A stretch of 64,000 nucleotides of DNA from Octopus vulgaris (Eukaryota): positions 65,038,001 to 65,102,000 of the forward strand of contig OX597820.1 in the NCBI GenBank assembly GCA_951406725.2, given 5' to 3'. The notes under the pieces are model-generated. The model was not told where the DNA came from and searched no databases. It saw only the letters and a program-made list of their open reading frames with translations. Numbering within the stretch: position 1 is the stretch's first letter; each line of letters opens with the position of its first letter. Below, in pieces: positions 13,141 through 27,141 of this stretch. A program made the translations under genes and the position numbers.

Positions 13141-13293
13141 TACATTATAGTTCATTCGGCTGAAGCACTCTTTCCATGTTCTCAAACAGAATTTTTGGTT
13201 GAGTATTAATGTAGGATCATTAGAATCAAATAATCAAACGCAACCTGTCAGCGTTTTATGTTTTCCTGTAAACACACACTCACACTCTCTCTT

Positions 13294-13326
<33 letters not shown>

Positions 13327-14001
13327 TTACCTCACTCACTCACTCACTTTCTTCCTCCTATCTATCCTTGACGAAAAAAAAACGCGCGTACAGAAATAGG
13401 CGTATACAAATCCACCCAGTCGTGTATGCGAGTGCGTACGTGTGTGTGAGTAAAACGAAGATACTAACGCTACTTTTTGTTATTTATATAACTATGAATA
13501 TTGAAATCAGTTAAAATATGTTTACTAAACCTGCTTTTAGTAATTTACTATTAAATATACACGCACTTAGTGATTGAATGCATAATAATAACAGATTTTG
13601 TGATTTAGCGTTAAAAGATGCACATTAGATGACTTCACCGACGATTATAGACTCATAGTGAGATTAAATGAGTAACTTGCATTTCATGTGGTTTCCTTAT
13701 GCAAATTTATTTAAATAACGCTGTACATTTGCGTCGCTTAATAAATTCCCGATTGTTAACTTTCCATCTAGTAAATTAACTTCATATCATCATTAATAGT
13801 TTATGCTTCTCATATGGAGATTTGCGCGTTCTAATTTCTGTCATTGAGTGAGTGTTTGATAAATGAATCTGATGAATTTTATAAAATGCGAAACAAGTAT
13901 CAACCAATTCTTTACTCGGAGACTTTTTGTTATAGTTTGAGACGAAACTCACTCCCACAGACAAGTGTATGGTTAGCTAAATGTTATTGCATTGGAATTT
14001 A

Positions 14002-14225
14002 AGGCGGTGGGCTGGCAGAATCGTTAGCACCCCGCACGAAATGCTTAGCGGTATTTCGTCAGCCGCTTCGTTCGTAGTTCAAATTCTGCCGAGGTCAACT
14101 TTGCCTGTCATTCTTTCAGGGTTGATGAAATAAATATCAGTGAAACACTGAGATTGTTTCGGGGTCGATAAATTAAGTACCAGTGAAACACCCGGGTCGA
14201 TGTAATTGACTCATCCCCTCCCCAA
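14002..14225 (+). mobile_element. SINE family B
   Basis: ggcggtgggctggcagaatcgttagcac... with an internal duplication near the 3' end. Confidence 0.8.
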
Positions 14226-14272
14226 GTTTTGCCGCCCTAATGGCAAACTTTGAAATCCTTATTGTATAGGAT

Positions 14273-14354
<82 letters not shown>

Positions 14355-15799
14355 GCATATGTACCGTCACGTAAACGCACATATGCAGGGTAATGGACTC
14401 TGTGGAGCCGAGGAGTTGTTAGCTTATCGAACGATACAGCTTGGATTTGTTCAAACGGACATTCACATGCACATTCAACTGCATATGTGTTTGCGTGAGT
14501 TTGCATGTGGAAAACGCGCATAATCTTGTGATTATGTTTATGTATCGAATTTCATTAAAAATTTCCCAGTCAGCGCCAATTTTTAAATAAACTTCACACG
14601 TCACTCTGTACAGAGACATCATCATCAGCAAACGCTCCATTTTAATTCTTAAACGTACTTTAAAAACAATCATTTCTACTATAGGTAAATGGCCCGGAAT
14701 TTCGTGGGTGGAGAGGGCAAGTTGATTACATCAACTCCAGCGCTCTATTGGTACCTATTTCACCGACCACAGTGCTCCACTGCTAATTATTTCATCAACC
14801 CCAAAAGGAGGAAATACAAAGCTGCACTCAAATATGTTTCAACTCAGAACGTAAAGCCAGCGCTATTGCAATTGTGTCAGCTCGCCGTATTAGCTTTAAA
14901 GTAATAACTTTCATTCAACATGTGTATGCATGAATTGTGCTCGAATAAGTAAGTGTAATAAGCATATGTGCTTGACTAAGTAAGCCTAACTTTTATGACA
15001 AATTGGAAACTGATACCGCCACAAATGGCATTTATCGCGCGGAAACAAAGAAAAAATCATCTATTCTTCTGTTTTGCTTTCTGTGAAATTATTTACCATA
15101 CAAGCTGCATCCATAGAATATATTCCAAAATATGTATTTATAAAACATATTGTATATAATGTCCATATACATATTTAAACAACCTTCTTTTGGTGTTTCT
15201 CTGAATCAAGTCACAGCCGCCAATCGTACTCCTGATGCCAGTAAAGGTTTACAGTTTTCATAAGATTTTATCTTCATAATTCCGTAGCTCAGAGGCGTGG
15301 TAAGCGATCCTCATTAATATAAATAACTACAATATAACTTAACTTCATATCTTCTCTGAGACTTTCTAAGTTTTAAGTCACATTGAGATTAAATGCCCGT
15401 TTATCAAAAATTAATTATTAGCGAGAAAAGCAGTATTTGTAACAAAAGGCAATCTTCATGGGGAGCGGAGCATAATAAATAATATTTACTGCATCAGGAA
15501 AGTCATAGATGCTTGCAAATGTTGAGTACCATGCGAAAACGTTAGTAGCTAAGCAAATAGCTTTCTCCAAATGCATTAAAAACTATATAACATGAATGTT
15601 ACAGTGTACCCGTTCTCATTGGGTATACAAAAGACAAATTTATATATACCCAGACCTATTCCTCAATTTTTTAGGAGCGGGTAGCCACAAGACACACACC
15701 AGGCATTCCCTTTCTTTCCCATCTCAAAGAGGTGGACCCCGTTATATATTTGGGTCAACGCATAGAACGCAACCTCCGCCGCATCATGCTGGTTCCATA

Positions 15800-16130
15800 C
15801 TCCTTTGAGGAACATCAAAACACTCTCATCCGTCCACAAATACTCTCCAATCTTTCCTCTCATTTATAAACTCTCTTGCCTCTCTCACTCCAACATCTCT
15901 AACTACCAAAGCTTTCCTCACTCCATCCATCTACACAAGCCGAGGTCTTCCTCTGGTTCTGCTGCCTACCACTTCTGCCTTCATCCTCCTCCTCATCCAT
16001 CTTCTCCATGTGGCCAAACCACCTCAACATTCGGCTATCCATTTTGGTTGTTAGTTTTTCCCTCATCCTTGCTCGCCTTTGCTCCTCCTCATTCCTCATC
16101 CTGTTCACCCGCGTCACACGAACTTCAGAC
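15800..16130 (-). mobile_element. LINE 3' fragment (RTE-like)
   Basis: ORF 15899..16132 contains KMDSRMLRWFGHMEKM, the LRWFGHxxRM motif of RTE-type C-termini. Confidence 0.7.
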
Positions 16131-17202
16131 ATCTCCCCTCAAACACAACTAGTACCATGTAGTTGAACAAGAGAAATTAGTCATTACTTATTTTGCCCAC
16201 CTTAAACTTTTTTGCCCTTTTTTGTTTTTGTTCTGAAAATTGAAAAGTTACTAATTGGACATTAGTGCTGGGGAGAAATTGCCTAAGAATGCAACAGAGA
16301 AAAGAATCTTCATTCTTAAGTATCACAACATATCCCGATATTTTATGAGGAGCATCAATTAAAATCGAGTCAAAGTTGAGAAAAAATTGCTTCTACCTGT
16401 CACCTGACTATGTTTGAATCTCTCAACTTTAACAGCAGCTATGCTAACCACTATTTATTCTCAAAGATAGCGCATCAGTAAAAAATGATGATGTCATATT
16501 TTCAATGCAATAATTTCAAACAAATAAGAAGAAAATAAGGAGAAATCAAAAATTACTGACTTTGCCCCACTTAATCATTTTGCTTCACTCCACCCATACC
16601 AACTTAACATTGATACCTTGTCAGCGCATCAAATACTGCATTGTTAGCCTCAAGTGATCCTTTCGTATAGGAACATCGTGCATAAAACTACACATACATC
16701 GTAGCAGATGAGAATCATCTATTATGCGGGCCGGAAATCCCATACAAGACGATTCTTATTTGCTATGATCTGTAAACATCAAGCTTCTATGTGAAAGGTT
16801 CATTCGCGGCTGATAAAGCAGTATTCAGTATTTTATTGAATATATCTGTAATATTGTTCCGCTTATATATAGTTAAAAATATTTAAAATGTTACATTTGT
16901 CATTACAATGGCTGCTGAGTTCTTTTAAACCAGAATCAACTCATAAAAACTGAATTATAAAATAATTATTCCAGAGATGGTTATTACATCTTATTTCCAG
17001 AAATAGAATACCACGAAACCTATACTCAATTTCCCTCCATTTGAACAATAGTACGGTATAAATTGTACGTGATTTGGTAGTTATTTCTAGCAAGACGAAA
17101 GACAACGTGGCCATCGGCTCTTTGGTTTCGTATTATCTGATATTGTTTCTAATTTTCCTTTTCTATTCTTTCGTTTGCTAATTTTTTTTTTTTTTCATTC
17201 AG

Positions 17203-17255
17203 CCCCATGAATGTAAACAGTTCAACTGGAACATTATAGTATTCAAGTTTTCCAG
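17203..17255 (+). other. Candidate 53-nt internal exon
   Basis: Branch-like CTAAT at ~17178, a long poly-T tract, acceptor ttcag| and donor CAG|GTGAGT. One open frame: PHECKQFNWNIIVFKFS. Confidence 0.4.
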
Positions 17256-17926
17256 GTGAGTGCATTTTAATTTTTTTTTCTTTTTTTTTTTTAATCATAG
17301 CCTAGATTAACTGAGTGAATCCTGTTGTTTGGTGAAAGACCAGCTATGAACTTGTTGAATGAAATGTCAACAGAAGTTCAAGTAACTAAGATTTTTTTTT
17401 CCTTTTCATTGTTTCATTGTTTCATTATTTGCATCACACACACACACACAGGCTCGCACTCGCACACACACCATCGCACTCGCACACACACGCACATGCA
17501 CATATACATATACTTACATACATATATACAATTCTTCATCTTGTACAAATACATGCCACAGCCACTTTAAACCACTTCTGTTTTGCGTGTGTGTGCGTGT
17601 GTGTGAATTTGTATGTGTGCGTATGTGCGTGTTTATGGTTTTTATGTCTGTGTTTGTCCCCCACCACCGCTTGACAACCGGTTGTGGTGTGTTTCCCTTC
17701 GCGTAGATTAGCGGTTCGGCAAAATAGACTGATAGAATAAGCACAAAGACTTCAAAAGAAAATAAGTACTGGGTCGATTCGACTAAAATTCCTCAAGACG
17801 GTGCCCCAACATGGCCGCAGTCCGATGAGTGAAACAAGATAAAGTATATATATATCATTATTTATATTACCATATATATGCATATAAATATGCGTGTATG
17901 TGAGTGTGTGTGTGTATATGTGTGTG

Positions 17927-17984
<58 letters not shown>

Positions 17985-18105
17985 TTTAAAAATTGAGGGA
18001 GATAAATTAATATTAATTTTAATATCAATTTAAAACCAGTAGTCCAGCATTCAAAAAATCTGAGGAGTCAGAGAAAATTCAAATATATGTGTATATTGGC
18101 AGGGC

Positions 18106-18177
18106 TGTACTGATGAAGTCACGGACACTTGAATTATGCAAGTAATTCTTTTGTTAAGACCGAAACCGAGGTATGCA
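18106..18177 (+). ncRNA. Type-I hammerhead ribozyme motif in a (TA)n-flanked insert
   Basis: tgta-CTGATGA-agtc...gaattat(GCAA)gtaattc...gacc-GAAA-ccgagg-TA-tgca. The insert has ~20-bp inverted repeats at about 18087-18107 and 18326-18346. Confidence 0.65.
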
Positions 18178-18340
18178 TTTAAGTCTGTTTTTTATTTAAT
18201 TTTTCATATGTCCTGCCCGCCAAATTTGGTTCTGGTGTTCGCTGAATTCTTCCTCTAGAGAATTTCCCTTGTAGTTTGATCGTTGATGATCTTCTTCTAG
18301 CATTCTGGCCGGCTACCTAGCAGGCCAGCCCTGCCAATAT

Positions 18341-18413
<73 letters not shown>

Positions 18414-18777
18414 CGTCACACACTAATGGCGGTGCTCCAGCATAGCTAAAGTAATTGGACTGAAAATATAAAAGAATATATATATAAATATATATGTGTG
18501 TGTTTATGTGTGTGTATGTGTCTTGTATTTCTTAATTATTATAAATCTTCCACTGAGGAGGTAGTCGGTTTCCAACAAAGATACAAGGCTACATCTGTCG
18601 GATGTACTGTCATAGAGGTCAGCTGCCCTGCAGATATAAACATCTCTTTGGAAATCAAAGAAAAAGAATGGATATCTATGGACAACTAGTATGTATATAT
18701 ATGTATGTATGTATGTAGGTACGTATGTATGTATGTATCATCTATATATATCTACATCTCTCTCTCTCTATCTCTCT

Positions 18778-18867
<90 letters not shown>

Positions 18868-19226
18868 TTTTAGTTTTCTACTGTTTTCAGCCATTTGACT
18901 GCAGCCAGTTTGAAGCACTGCCTTTAGTCGAAAGAATTGACCCCCAGGACTTATTCTTTGTAAGCCTATTACTTATTCTATCGACATTTTCTTCCGAGCC
19001 GGTAAGTTACGGGGAAGTAAACACACCATCATCGGTTGTCAAGCGATGGTGGTGGGGGACAAACACAGACACGCAAACATATACATACATAAAGAATAAA
19101 AAGTTTATGGATGATTAAATTACAACAGGTATATAGCCCGTTGTTTGTATTATATTGCATTGTTCTACCATTCAAAACTTTTTAGTCTTTACAAACAATA
19201 CACAATGCTTCAAGCAAACTACAATA

Positions 19227-19260
<34 letters not shown>

Positions 19261-19263
<3 letters not shown>

Positions 19264-20371
19264 GCGTTGGACAAAATAACGGAAACACCTAGCATCATAA
19301 CATCATAATTTTCAAATATCTGTAAAACCGTGAAAGTCTTGATTATTCATTATCACTGTTGCTTCACAAGGTTTGCTAAGATTGCTGTTTCTTTTCAGAT
19401 ATCATCAGAAAAAGGTAATTAAAATTCATTGAAATGACATAGCTATCGGTCTTTCACAGAAGTAAAATTGCTGGTGCTCGTATGGTAGGCGCTAGCGTAA
19501 CGAAAACAGCCGAAATGTTTGGTGTATCAAGTAATGACAGCCTTTGAGAAAGAGGTAAAACTCTCCTCGTCGAAGCAAAACCCTCGAAGAAAAAAACCAA
19601 ATTTTTCAGTCAGGTGCCGTCGGACTCTTACGTGAATTGTTAGAAAGTATCAGAAAAGTACAGCTCCCAAACTTACCGCAGAGCTTAATCTCCACCTCAA
19701 GAACCTAGGGAGCTGCACAAAGCCAGATTTCACTGGAGGGCTGCAATCAGAAAACCACTACTTTCAAAAACAAACGTTGCAAAGCGTTTAGAGTGGAGCA
19801 AAAACCTATAGAATTGGTCCCTGGAGCAGTGGAAGAATAGAGGAGAATCTGTGATGATCTGGGGGGCGATATCTTGGAAATCCACTGGCCCATTTGTTTC
19901 ATTTCATAGCAGAATTAATAGTCAAGACTGTTTAAGCATTTTGTCTGATCACATTCAACCTATGTTTGAGGAACTGTTTTCGGGTGGGGGACTGAAGCAA
20001 TGCTTCCTGATGATAATGAACCAATTCACACGGCTAAAGTTGTTACTGAATGGCACGAGGAACATTCTAGTGAAGTTGGACATCATATCTGGCCACCTCA
20101 GTCCCGAGATCTCAATATTATTGAACATTTAGAGTGCCTTTTGGAAAAACAAGTGAGGAGTCGATATCCTCCATCACCATCACTACAAGAACGGGAGATT
20201 GTTTTAGCTGAAGAATGAAGAAAAATGCCTTTCGAAATAATTCAAACTTTTTACGAGTCCATACCTCGTAGAATTCAAGCTGTAATTACTTCTAAAGACG
20301 GTCCAACCCCTATAATTTGAATAAATTTGTTTGAAATTTTAAGGTGTTTCCATTATTTTGTCCAACCAATG
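19261..20371 (+). mobile_element. Tc1-family (DD34E) transposon, degenerate
   Basis: TIRs caggcgttggacaaaataacggaaacacct / aggtgtttccattattttgtccaaccaatg, flanked by TA. Remnants IAGARMVGAS, SVMIWGAIS, DDNEPIHTAK and WPPQSRDLNIIE. The first-D segment is deleted. Confidence 0.9.
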
Positions 20372-22658
20372 TATGTTTACATACGCCGGGATTCTTTCAG
20401 TTTCCATCAGCCAAATCTACTCACAAGGTTCTAGTCAGCCCGAGGCTATAGCAGAAGTCTCTTGTATACCAATTCCGTCACTTTCAGAATGAGTGTGACG
20501 CTGTGTGACACGGCTGGAATGTTAAATTACAGGTTGAATTCATTCCGAGAAAGTCTATAGTTTCTGCCCCCTCAGTTCCAGTTATAATGAGTCTATCCCT
20601 AGTTTTAGAAGCCGATAGAAACTGTGACCTCATGCTTTCGGCCAAAAGTATATATATAAGCCGTATGCACGTACCTAAACACACACACAAAGACACACAC
20701 ACCCATTTGTTATTGGTCTGTGTAACTCCAGGTTAGCCTCTGGTCCAGAAGACACAGCACGCAAGTAATAAAATAAACGCCTCGAAGTGTCCCACGCAAT
20801 CGGTTATTCCAGATATACGAAATCAGACTTCGTGTTTCTATTAAACGAACCCATAAAGTTCGATCTCTTTTCAGATTTACAATTTCCGATGTTTTCAGAA
20901 CTATTCTTTCAGAATATAGTCAAGTCTACACATTCAGTACGGCCGAATGGTTAAGAGTTTCCCTTCGCAACCATGAGGCCCCGCGTTCGACCCCCCTGCA
21001 AATCAGGTTGGATAAAAGTCATTTTTATAGCAATTATCGGCGCATACTTTCTGAATGTAATTCAGCAGACGGAAAATTAATATGAACCCGCTGGGGGGGA
21101 TTGTAATTATAATTCAAAAGGCATAGCCTTGTCGTCGTACACCCTCAGTCCAAATCTAGCTGAGAATCACGTTAAAGATATAGGTGTCAGAGAAATACTC
21201 AGCCACTTCGTTAATTCAGGAGGAAGTAATTAATTTCATTGAACAAATGAATCCCCATCGGCGAACAACTGATATCTACCCATATTCATTATTACTTTGT
21301 CCATTGTGTTCATCCATTTTTAAGACACTAGGGTAAATTTGAAGATGTGGCTGTTAACTCTAGCAATAAAGCGACCGCACAAATATCGTTATTCTTCCAT
21401 TTCTGTTTTTCTTTTTTTTTTCTTTGTTTATTCATGTATTAGACAGCTTAGCACAGATACTTCCAGCAAGGAAGAAATGCTTATCCAATATTCTAAATAG
21501 CCGAAACATCTAAGACCACTGTGCTTTAGGATATACCCGTTTACTTTGACAAGTACATAAAACTGGACATTATCACGAAAGACTAGCTTAGAGACGGTAA
21601 GTTTAACATGACATACAGAGAAACAGAGAGAGAGGAATAGAAGAAAGTGATTGAGAGATGAAAATAAGCAAGGAGAAAAAACTAAGAAAAAAATTTGAAA
21701 GATAGTCTATAAAAATAACAAACAAAAAAAAAGGTACCGAAATAATTTAGTGCTCAAGGGGGCCCTGCGTTTAAAGCAACGGAAAGATATTTCGAGATTA
21801 AATACCTAATTCTTAGATAGGAATTGCCAAAACGATTTCTCAGTCAAGATAAGCATTCTGGGATCAATAAAAAGAAATGACACTCGGTAGTTATAGTCCG
21901 ATAACGACATTTGATTATTAGAAAAACTTGGTTAGTTTATAAAACCAAATTCAAGGGACGTTTCTAAAAAGTAACAGAATATGCGAGATACAGAAAAAGA
22001 CATTGGAAGTAGTGAGTAGGTTATTATCGTTAATGTTGCTGCTTTACTTGTTTTTTTGTCCGAGGTTAGCCATGACAGTGCAGATCTGTGATCAAAGTTA
22101 ATCTAGCAATGATTATTTCGTCTTTTTCTTATTTTTCCTTTCATAAAATATAGACGCAAGCTTGGGTGTGTGGTTAAGAATTTCGCTTTGCAACAACAGA
22201 ATTTCGGGTTTATATTCAGAGTTGTTACCCATTATAACTCTATGATTATCAATAACTTTTGAGTAAACTTGGTTGACGAAAACTATGTGGAAGCCTCTGT
22301 GTGGTTTTTTAACTTCGCTTTTACCTCGCTCAAAATCTTTTGATAACTGGTGATGGTTTGTTTCCACCCCCTTAACTTAGTGGAACTGGCAAAAGAAAAT
22401 GATGTGGCAAGTATCGAATGTTAACAAAAAGATAATAAGTACCGGGGTCGATTTGGTCGACTAAAACAATTTAGGCGGTGTTCCAGCATGGCTACAGTCC
22501 AATAACTGAAATAAATCAAAGATACATACATACAAATAAATATATATATATATATATATATATGGGCAGCATTCAGAAAAATAATAAAAGACGAAGACAA
22601 CAAACAGATGTAGACAACAAACAGATGTATTAGTATAACACTCGGGAAGTGAAAAAGT

Positions 22659-22694
22659 CTTTAACGTTTCGAGCCTACGCTCTTCCACAGAAAG
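22659..22694 (-). ncRNA. Minimal hammerhead-like motif with variant core CUGUGGA, copy 1
   Basis: Minus strand reads cttt-CTGTGGA-a-gagc(gtag)gctc-GAAA-cg-TT-aaag, within a ~175-bp repeat (22563-22740) flanked by (TA)n. Confidence 0.55.
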
Positions 22695-22736
22695 GAACAC
22701 AAAGAAACTAGGACAGAAAATAAAGATTGTGTAGTG

Positions 22737-22867
<131 letters not shown>

Positions 22868-23032
22868 TATACAGATATACATTGTTCATTCTGAATAATT
22901 TGTAAGAAGTTACTGTGCGGTTCGTTGCAAATTTTGCTGATATTTCTAGCAGGTTGAGCAACCACTTAATAACTTCACACATTGGTTCTCATTCCATCAT
23001 GGTCCAAGTGTTTTCAAACATTTTAATATGCT

Positions 23033-23425
23033 TTTCTACTCTAGGCACAAGGCCTGAAATTTTGGAGGAGGGAGTCAATCGATTAGGTGGACCCCAGTAC
23101 GCAACTGGTGCTTAATTTATCAACCCCGAAAGAATGAAAGGCAAAATTGACCTCGGCAGAATTTGAACTCAAAACGTAAAGACAGGCGAAATACCTATTT
23201 CTTTACTACCCACAAAGGGGCTAAACATAGAGGGGACAAACAAGGACAGACAAAGGGATTAAGTCGATTACATCGACCCCAGTGCCTCATTGGTACTTAA
23301 TTTATCGACCCCGAAAGGATGAAAGGCAAAGGCGACCTCGCCGGAATTTGAACTCAGAACGTAGTGGCAGACGAAATACCGCAAAGCATTTCGCCCGGCG
23401 TGCTAACGCTTCTGCCAGCTCGCTG
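23033..23425 (-). mobile_element. SINE family B dimer
   Basis: A full unit followed by a truncated unit; junction aaagaaata|ggtatttcg. Confidence 0.85.
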
Positions 23426-23810
23426 CTTTTCAAGCGTTCTAATATATATCCATTGTAGTTGGCATTAATGCCATAATCCCTGAGTCAATGTTTATCAAGT
23501 AGGACAACAGCTAAATGACATTGTTGATATGCCTCTGTCATCTTTTTATGCGACCATTGTGGCACAAGAACTATATTATTCTGTTTCTCCTTTCATTCGT
23601 TACTGGGAAAATGTTGTAATTTGAGGGAGATTTCACTGTCATTTCTAACCAAACAAATTATTTGCTAGTGCTCACGACAGTTTAACAGTAAATGCAAAGG
23701 TCAAATCATTTTGAGATAGATTACAAACGAAAAAAAGAAATACTCTCTCTCTCAGTCCATTTACACACACACACACCTGTGCGTGCGCACACATGTATGT
23801 ATACATCTAC

Positions 23811-23859
<49 letters not shown>

Positions 23860-23878
23860 CATATGTATGTGTGTGTAA

Positions 23879-23928
<50 letters not shown>

Positions 23929-23964
23929 GTATAGATAGATAGAGAGATAGATAGAGAGATAGAG

Positions 23965-24043
<79 letters not shown>

Positions 24044-24644
24044 GCGAGAGACCCAGAGGGGTAAGTATAAATAAATACAGATATCTAAATATATGGACAT
24101 ATATGTAAAGGGATTCTACATGTGTCTATTTGTATTAACATCACTCACAAAGTGTTGGTTACGTAATGTGTGTGTGCGTACGTCTGTGTGTGTGTCTGTG
24201 TTTTCTGCGTTAAATGGCGAAGCGGTGACGAGTTAAAATTCTGTAAATAATAGCAATACTTATAGGCTAAACGCCTATAAGCGATCACCGTGTACTAGCT
24301 AAAGAAAATAGTTTTATATTGAGGTATATAAGCCCTTGATGGAAATAAAAGTGGTTATGCCGTCTAGGGATTATGTGCCCCAACGTTAGATTATTTTCTT
24401 TAGCTATTACTCGATGATGGTTTAGAGGTTGTATGTTTAGAATTATTGTTAATAAACATATGTATATGTATCTTTTCAATTTGTTTACAGGAAACGTTTT
24501 GAATATACAAATAAAGTTCCTTTTATATTATGCCGGCTACAGTTTAATGATACTGACTGGTGAACAGGTTTAGGGTGTTGCATCAAATTGTACCGATATA
24601 ATGTAGGATAAATATAGTAATAATAACAATTTATTAATATTTTA

Positions 24645-24945
24645 TGCATTGCTACGCGCGTTTCTACAAATAACATATATCTTAGGATCACAGTCCGTAT
24701 TCCTTGGATGATTACAGTGTAGTCCATAGTATCCGAGGCCACCGGATTGATCATTTTCATGGATTCATTTCTTCAAGCGACAATGGACTAATGGATAATG
24801 GATTAATGGATCTGTAAGAGAGGGATTTTTAATCTATTTTGACTAGTGCGAAGGTTAAGTTACATCCATTTATGATATATCGACCTGAAGAAAAGAATAC
24901 ATAGGAGACATGTCATTTGTGGAAACGCGCGAAGCGATGCATTAA
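24645..24945. mobile_element. Fold-back insert with two decayed hammerhead-like motifs
   Basis: tgcattgctacgcgcgtttctacaaat (24645) is inverted relative to atttgtggaaacgcgcgaagcgatgca (~24915-24941). CTGAAGA at 24885; GAAA-cgcgcg palindrome. Confidence 0.45.
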
Positions 24946-25111
24946 AAGTTTATCAATTCCATCCAAGGATCATTGTTATTATGTATGTATGTATGCATGT
25001 ATGCATGTATGTATATATATAGGGGGAGCATTCACACAAAAAAAAAAGACGAAGACAGGTGGTGTAGACAACAAACAGATGTATTAGTATAACGCTTGGG
25101 AAGTGAAAAAG

Positions 25112-25149
25112 CCTTTAACGTTTCGAGCTTACGCTCTTCCACAGAAAGG
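25112..25149 (-). ncRNA. Minimal hammerhead-like motif with variant core CUGUGGA, copy 2
   Basis: Minus strand reads ccttt-CTGTGGA-a-gagc(GTAA)gctc-GAAA-cg-TT-aaagg, in the repeat at 25022-25197. Confidence 0.55.
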
Positions 25150-25412
25150 AACATAGAAAGAAACAAGGAGAGAAAATAAAGAATGTGTAGTGGCTATGTA
25201 TATATATATATATATATATAATAATAAATATTAGGGAATAAATCCAAATTTACAGGGAAAAATCAGATTTAGGATTGAATCCAATTTTATAGTAAAATAT
25301 TATATTATATTAAATTAGAGACAAAACCACTATTATGCAAATCAAACAAAGAAAGACTTAAGCCAATACATAAAATAATTTATATAAATTTAGAAATTTA
25401 ACAATTATAAAT

Positions 25413-25473
25413 AACCACTACGATCGTTTCATGTCTTATTTCAGCACATCTTTGAGACATTCTTCAGGTGGTT
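25413..25473 (-). ncRNA. Type-I hammerhead ribozyme (antisense copy)
   Basis: Reverse complement of 25512-25572. Confidence 0.8.
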
Positions 25474-25511
25474 TCATAGTTCATAGTTTAAAACTCGCCA
25501 ATAATTTTTGA

Positions 25512-25572
25512 AACCACCTGAAGAATGTCTCAAAGATGTGCTGAAATAAGACATGAAACGATCGTAGTGGTT
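25512..25572 (+). ncRNA. Type-I hammerhead ribozyme, intact core
   Basis: aaccac-CTGAAGA-atgtct[18 nt]agacat-GAAA-cgatcg-TA-gtggtt: 6-bp stems I and II, palindromic stem III ACGATCGT, predicted cleavage after A25566. Confidence 0.85.
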
Positions 25573-25670
25573 ATTTATAATTGTTAAATTTCTAAATTTA
25601 TATAAATTATTTTATGTATTGGCTTAAGTCTTTCTTTGTTTGATTTGCATAATAGTGGTTTTGTCTCTAA

Positions 25671-25777
<107 letters not shown>

Positions 25778-25791
25778 AAGATAGATAGATT

Positions 25792-25867
<76 letters not shown>

Positions 25868-25917
25868 TAATATGTATATGTAGTGTGCATTATGAATATA
25901 TGTATTTATATACGTTA

Positions 25918-27141
25918 CGCGGGGCGTTCAATAAGTAATGCCCCTGACCCACTTCCCATAGTAGTAGAGCAACGACATTTGGCACAGTTATTAGTCTTTT
26001 CCTACATAGGAACTACCCAGAGTTATGCATTTCTCCCATCGTTTGATACAGCTCTGGATACCGTTTTTGTAGAAGACCCCAGCTTGGTCCTCCAACCACG
26101 ACGTGACTTCAGAAATCAAGGCTGCATCATCTGGGAAACGCTTTCCTTTCAAAAACAACTTCATGGCTGGGAAGAGGTGAAAATCAGAGGGTGCAAGGGG
26201 AGGAGTTCATAGCTGCACGCCTGTGCTTCTGATCTGGCGACACGCGAGTTGTGGACCGGAGCGTTGTCCTGCAGGAGGAGGATGCCTTTGCTGATCTTGC
26301 CCCGCCTCTTGATTTTGATAGCTTCTCTTAATTTCCTCAAAAGTGAAGCATAATAGGCTCCTGTAATTGTGGTACCCTTTGCCAGGAAATCTGTCATCAC
26401 TACTCCGTCCTGGTCTCAGAAGACTGTGAGCATAACCTTGTCAGCGGAGGGCTGCACCCTTGCCTTCTTTGGAGGAGGTGAGTCACGGTGCTTTCACTGC
26501 ATTGACTGGGCTTTGGTCTATGGAACATAGTGATGGACCCAGGTTTTATCCTGAGTGATCAGTCTTTTGAAAGATTTTGACTCATCTTCTTGGCACATCT
26601 CTAAATTCATCAGCGAGCACTCAACGCGTTCTTGATTCTGGAAAGGTGTGAGCCACCTGGAAATCCATCTGGCAGACACCTTTTGCATATGCAAATGGTC
26701 ATGAATGATAGTTTCCACAGACCCGGTACTAATCTTGACCTTATGGGCTATTTGGCGAATAATTATGCGTTGACCTTCCAAAATGGCAGCCTCAACTTGA
26801 CGGACAGAAGGGGGCGACCAGATCTGGAAGCTGTTTCCACAGAGTTCCGACTATGTTTGAATTCACAATGCCAGCGTTTTACAACGTCATATGATGGGGC
26901 ATCATCACCATAAGTTACTTTCATTTCATCAAAAGTCTCCCGTGGTGTGCGTCCTTCCAAATACAAAAACCAGATCACTGCTCGACACTCAACAGGCTCC
27001 ATTTCACACTTGACTCAGTTCAAACACCTGTAAATCAGAAACCACAATTAGTTCAGAGGTATAAATAAGTGCACATGCAAAATTTCAGCTAGATCAAACA
27101 ACTGCAAGTGGGTCAGGGGCATTACTTATTGAACGCCCCTC

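Noticed and set aside
13864-13903. CTGATGA...GAAAcaagTA hammerhead-like boxes
   Set aside because: Stem I does not pair adjacent to the core; plausible by chance in AT-rich DNA.
20548-20579. Minus-strand ggaa-CTGAGGG-ggca-GAAA-ctatag-AC-tttc
   Set aside because: A9G, no stem II and no UH: too many violations.
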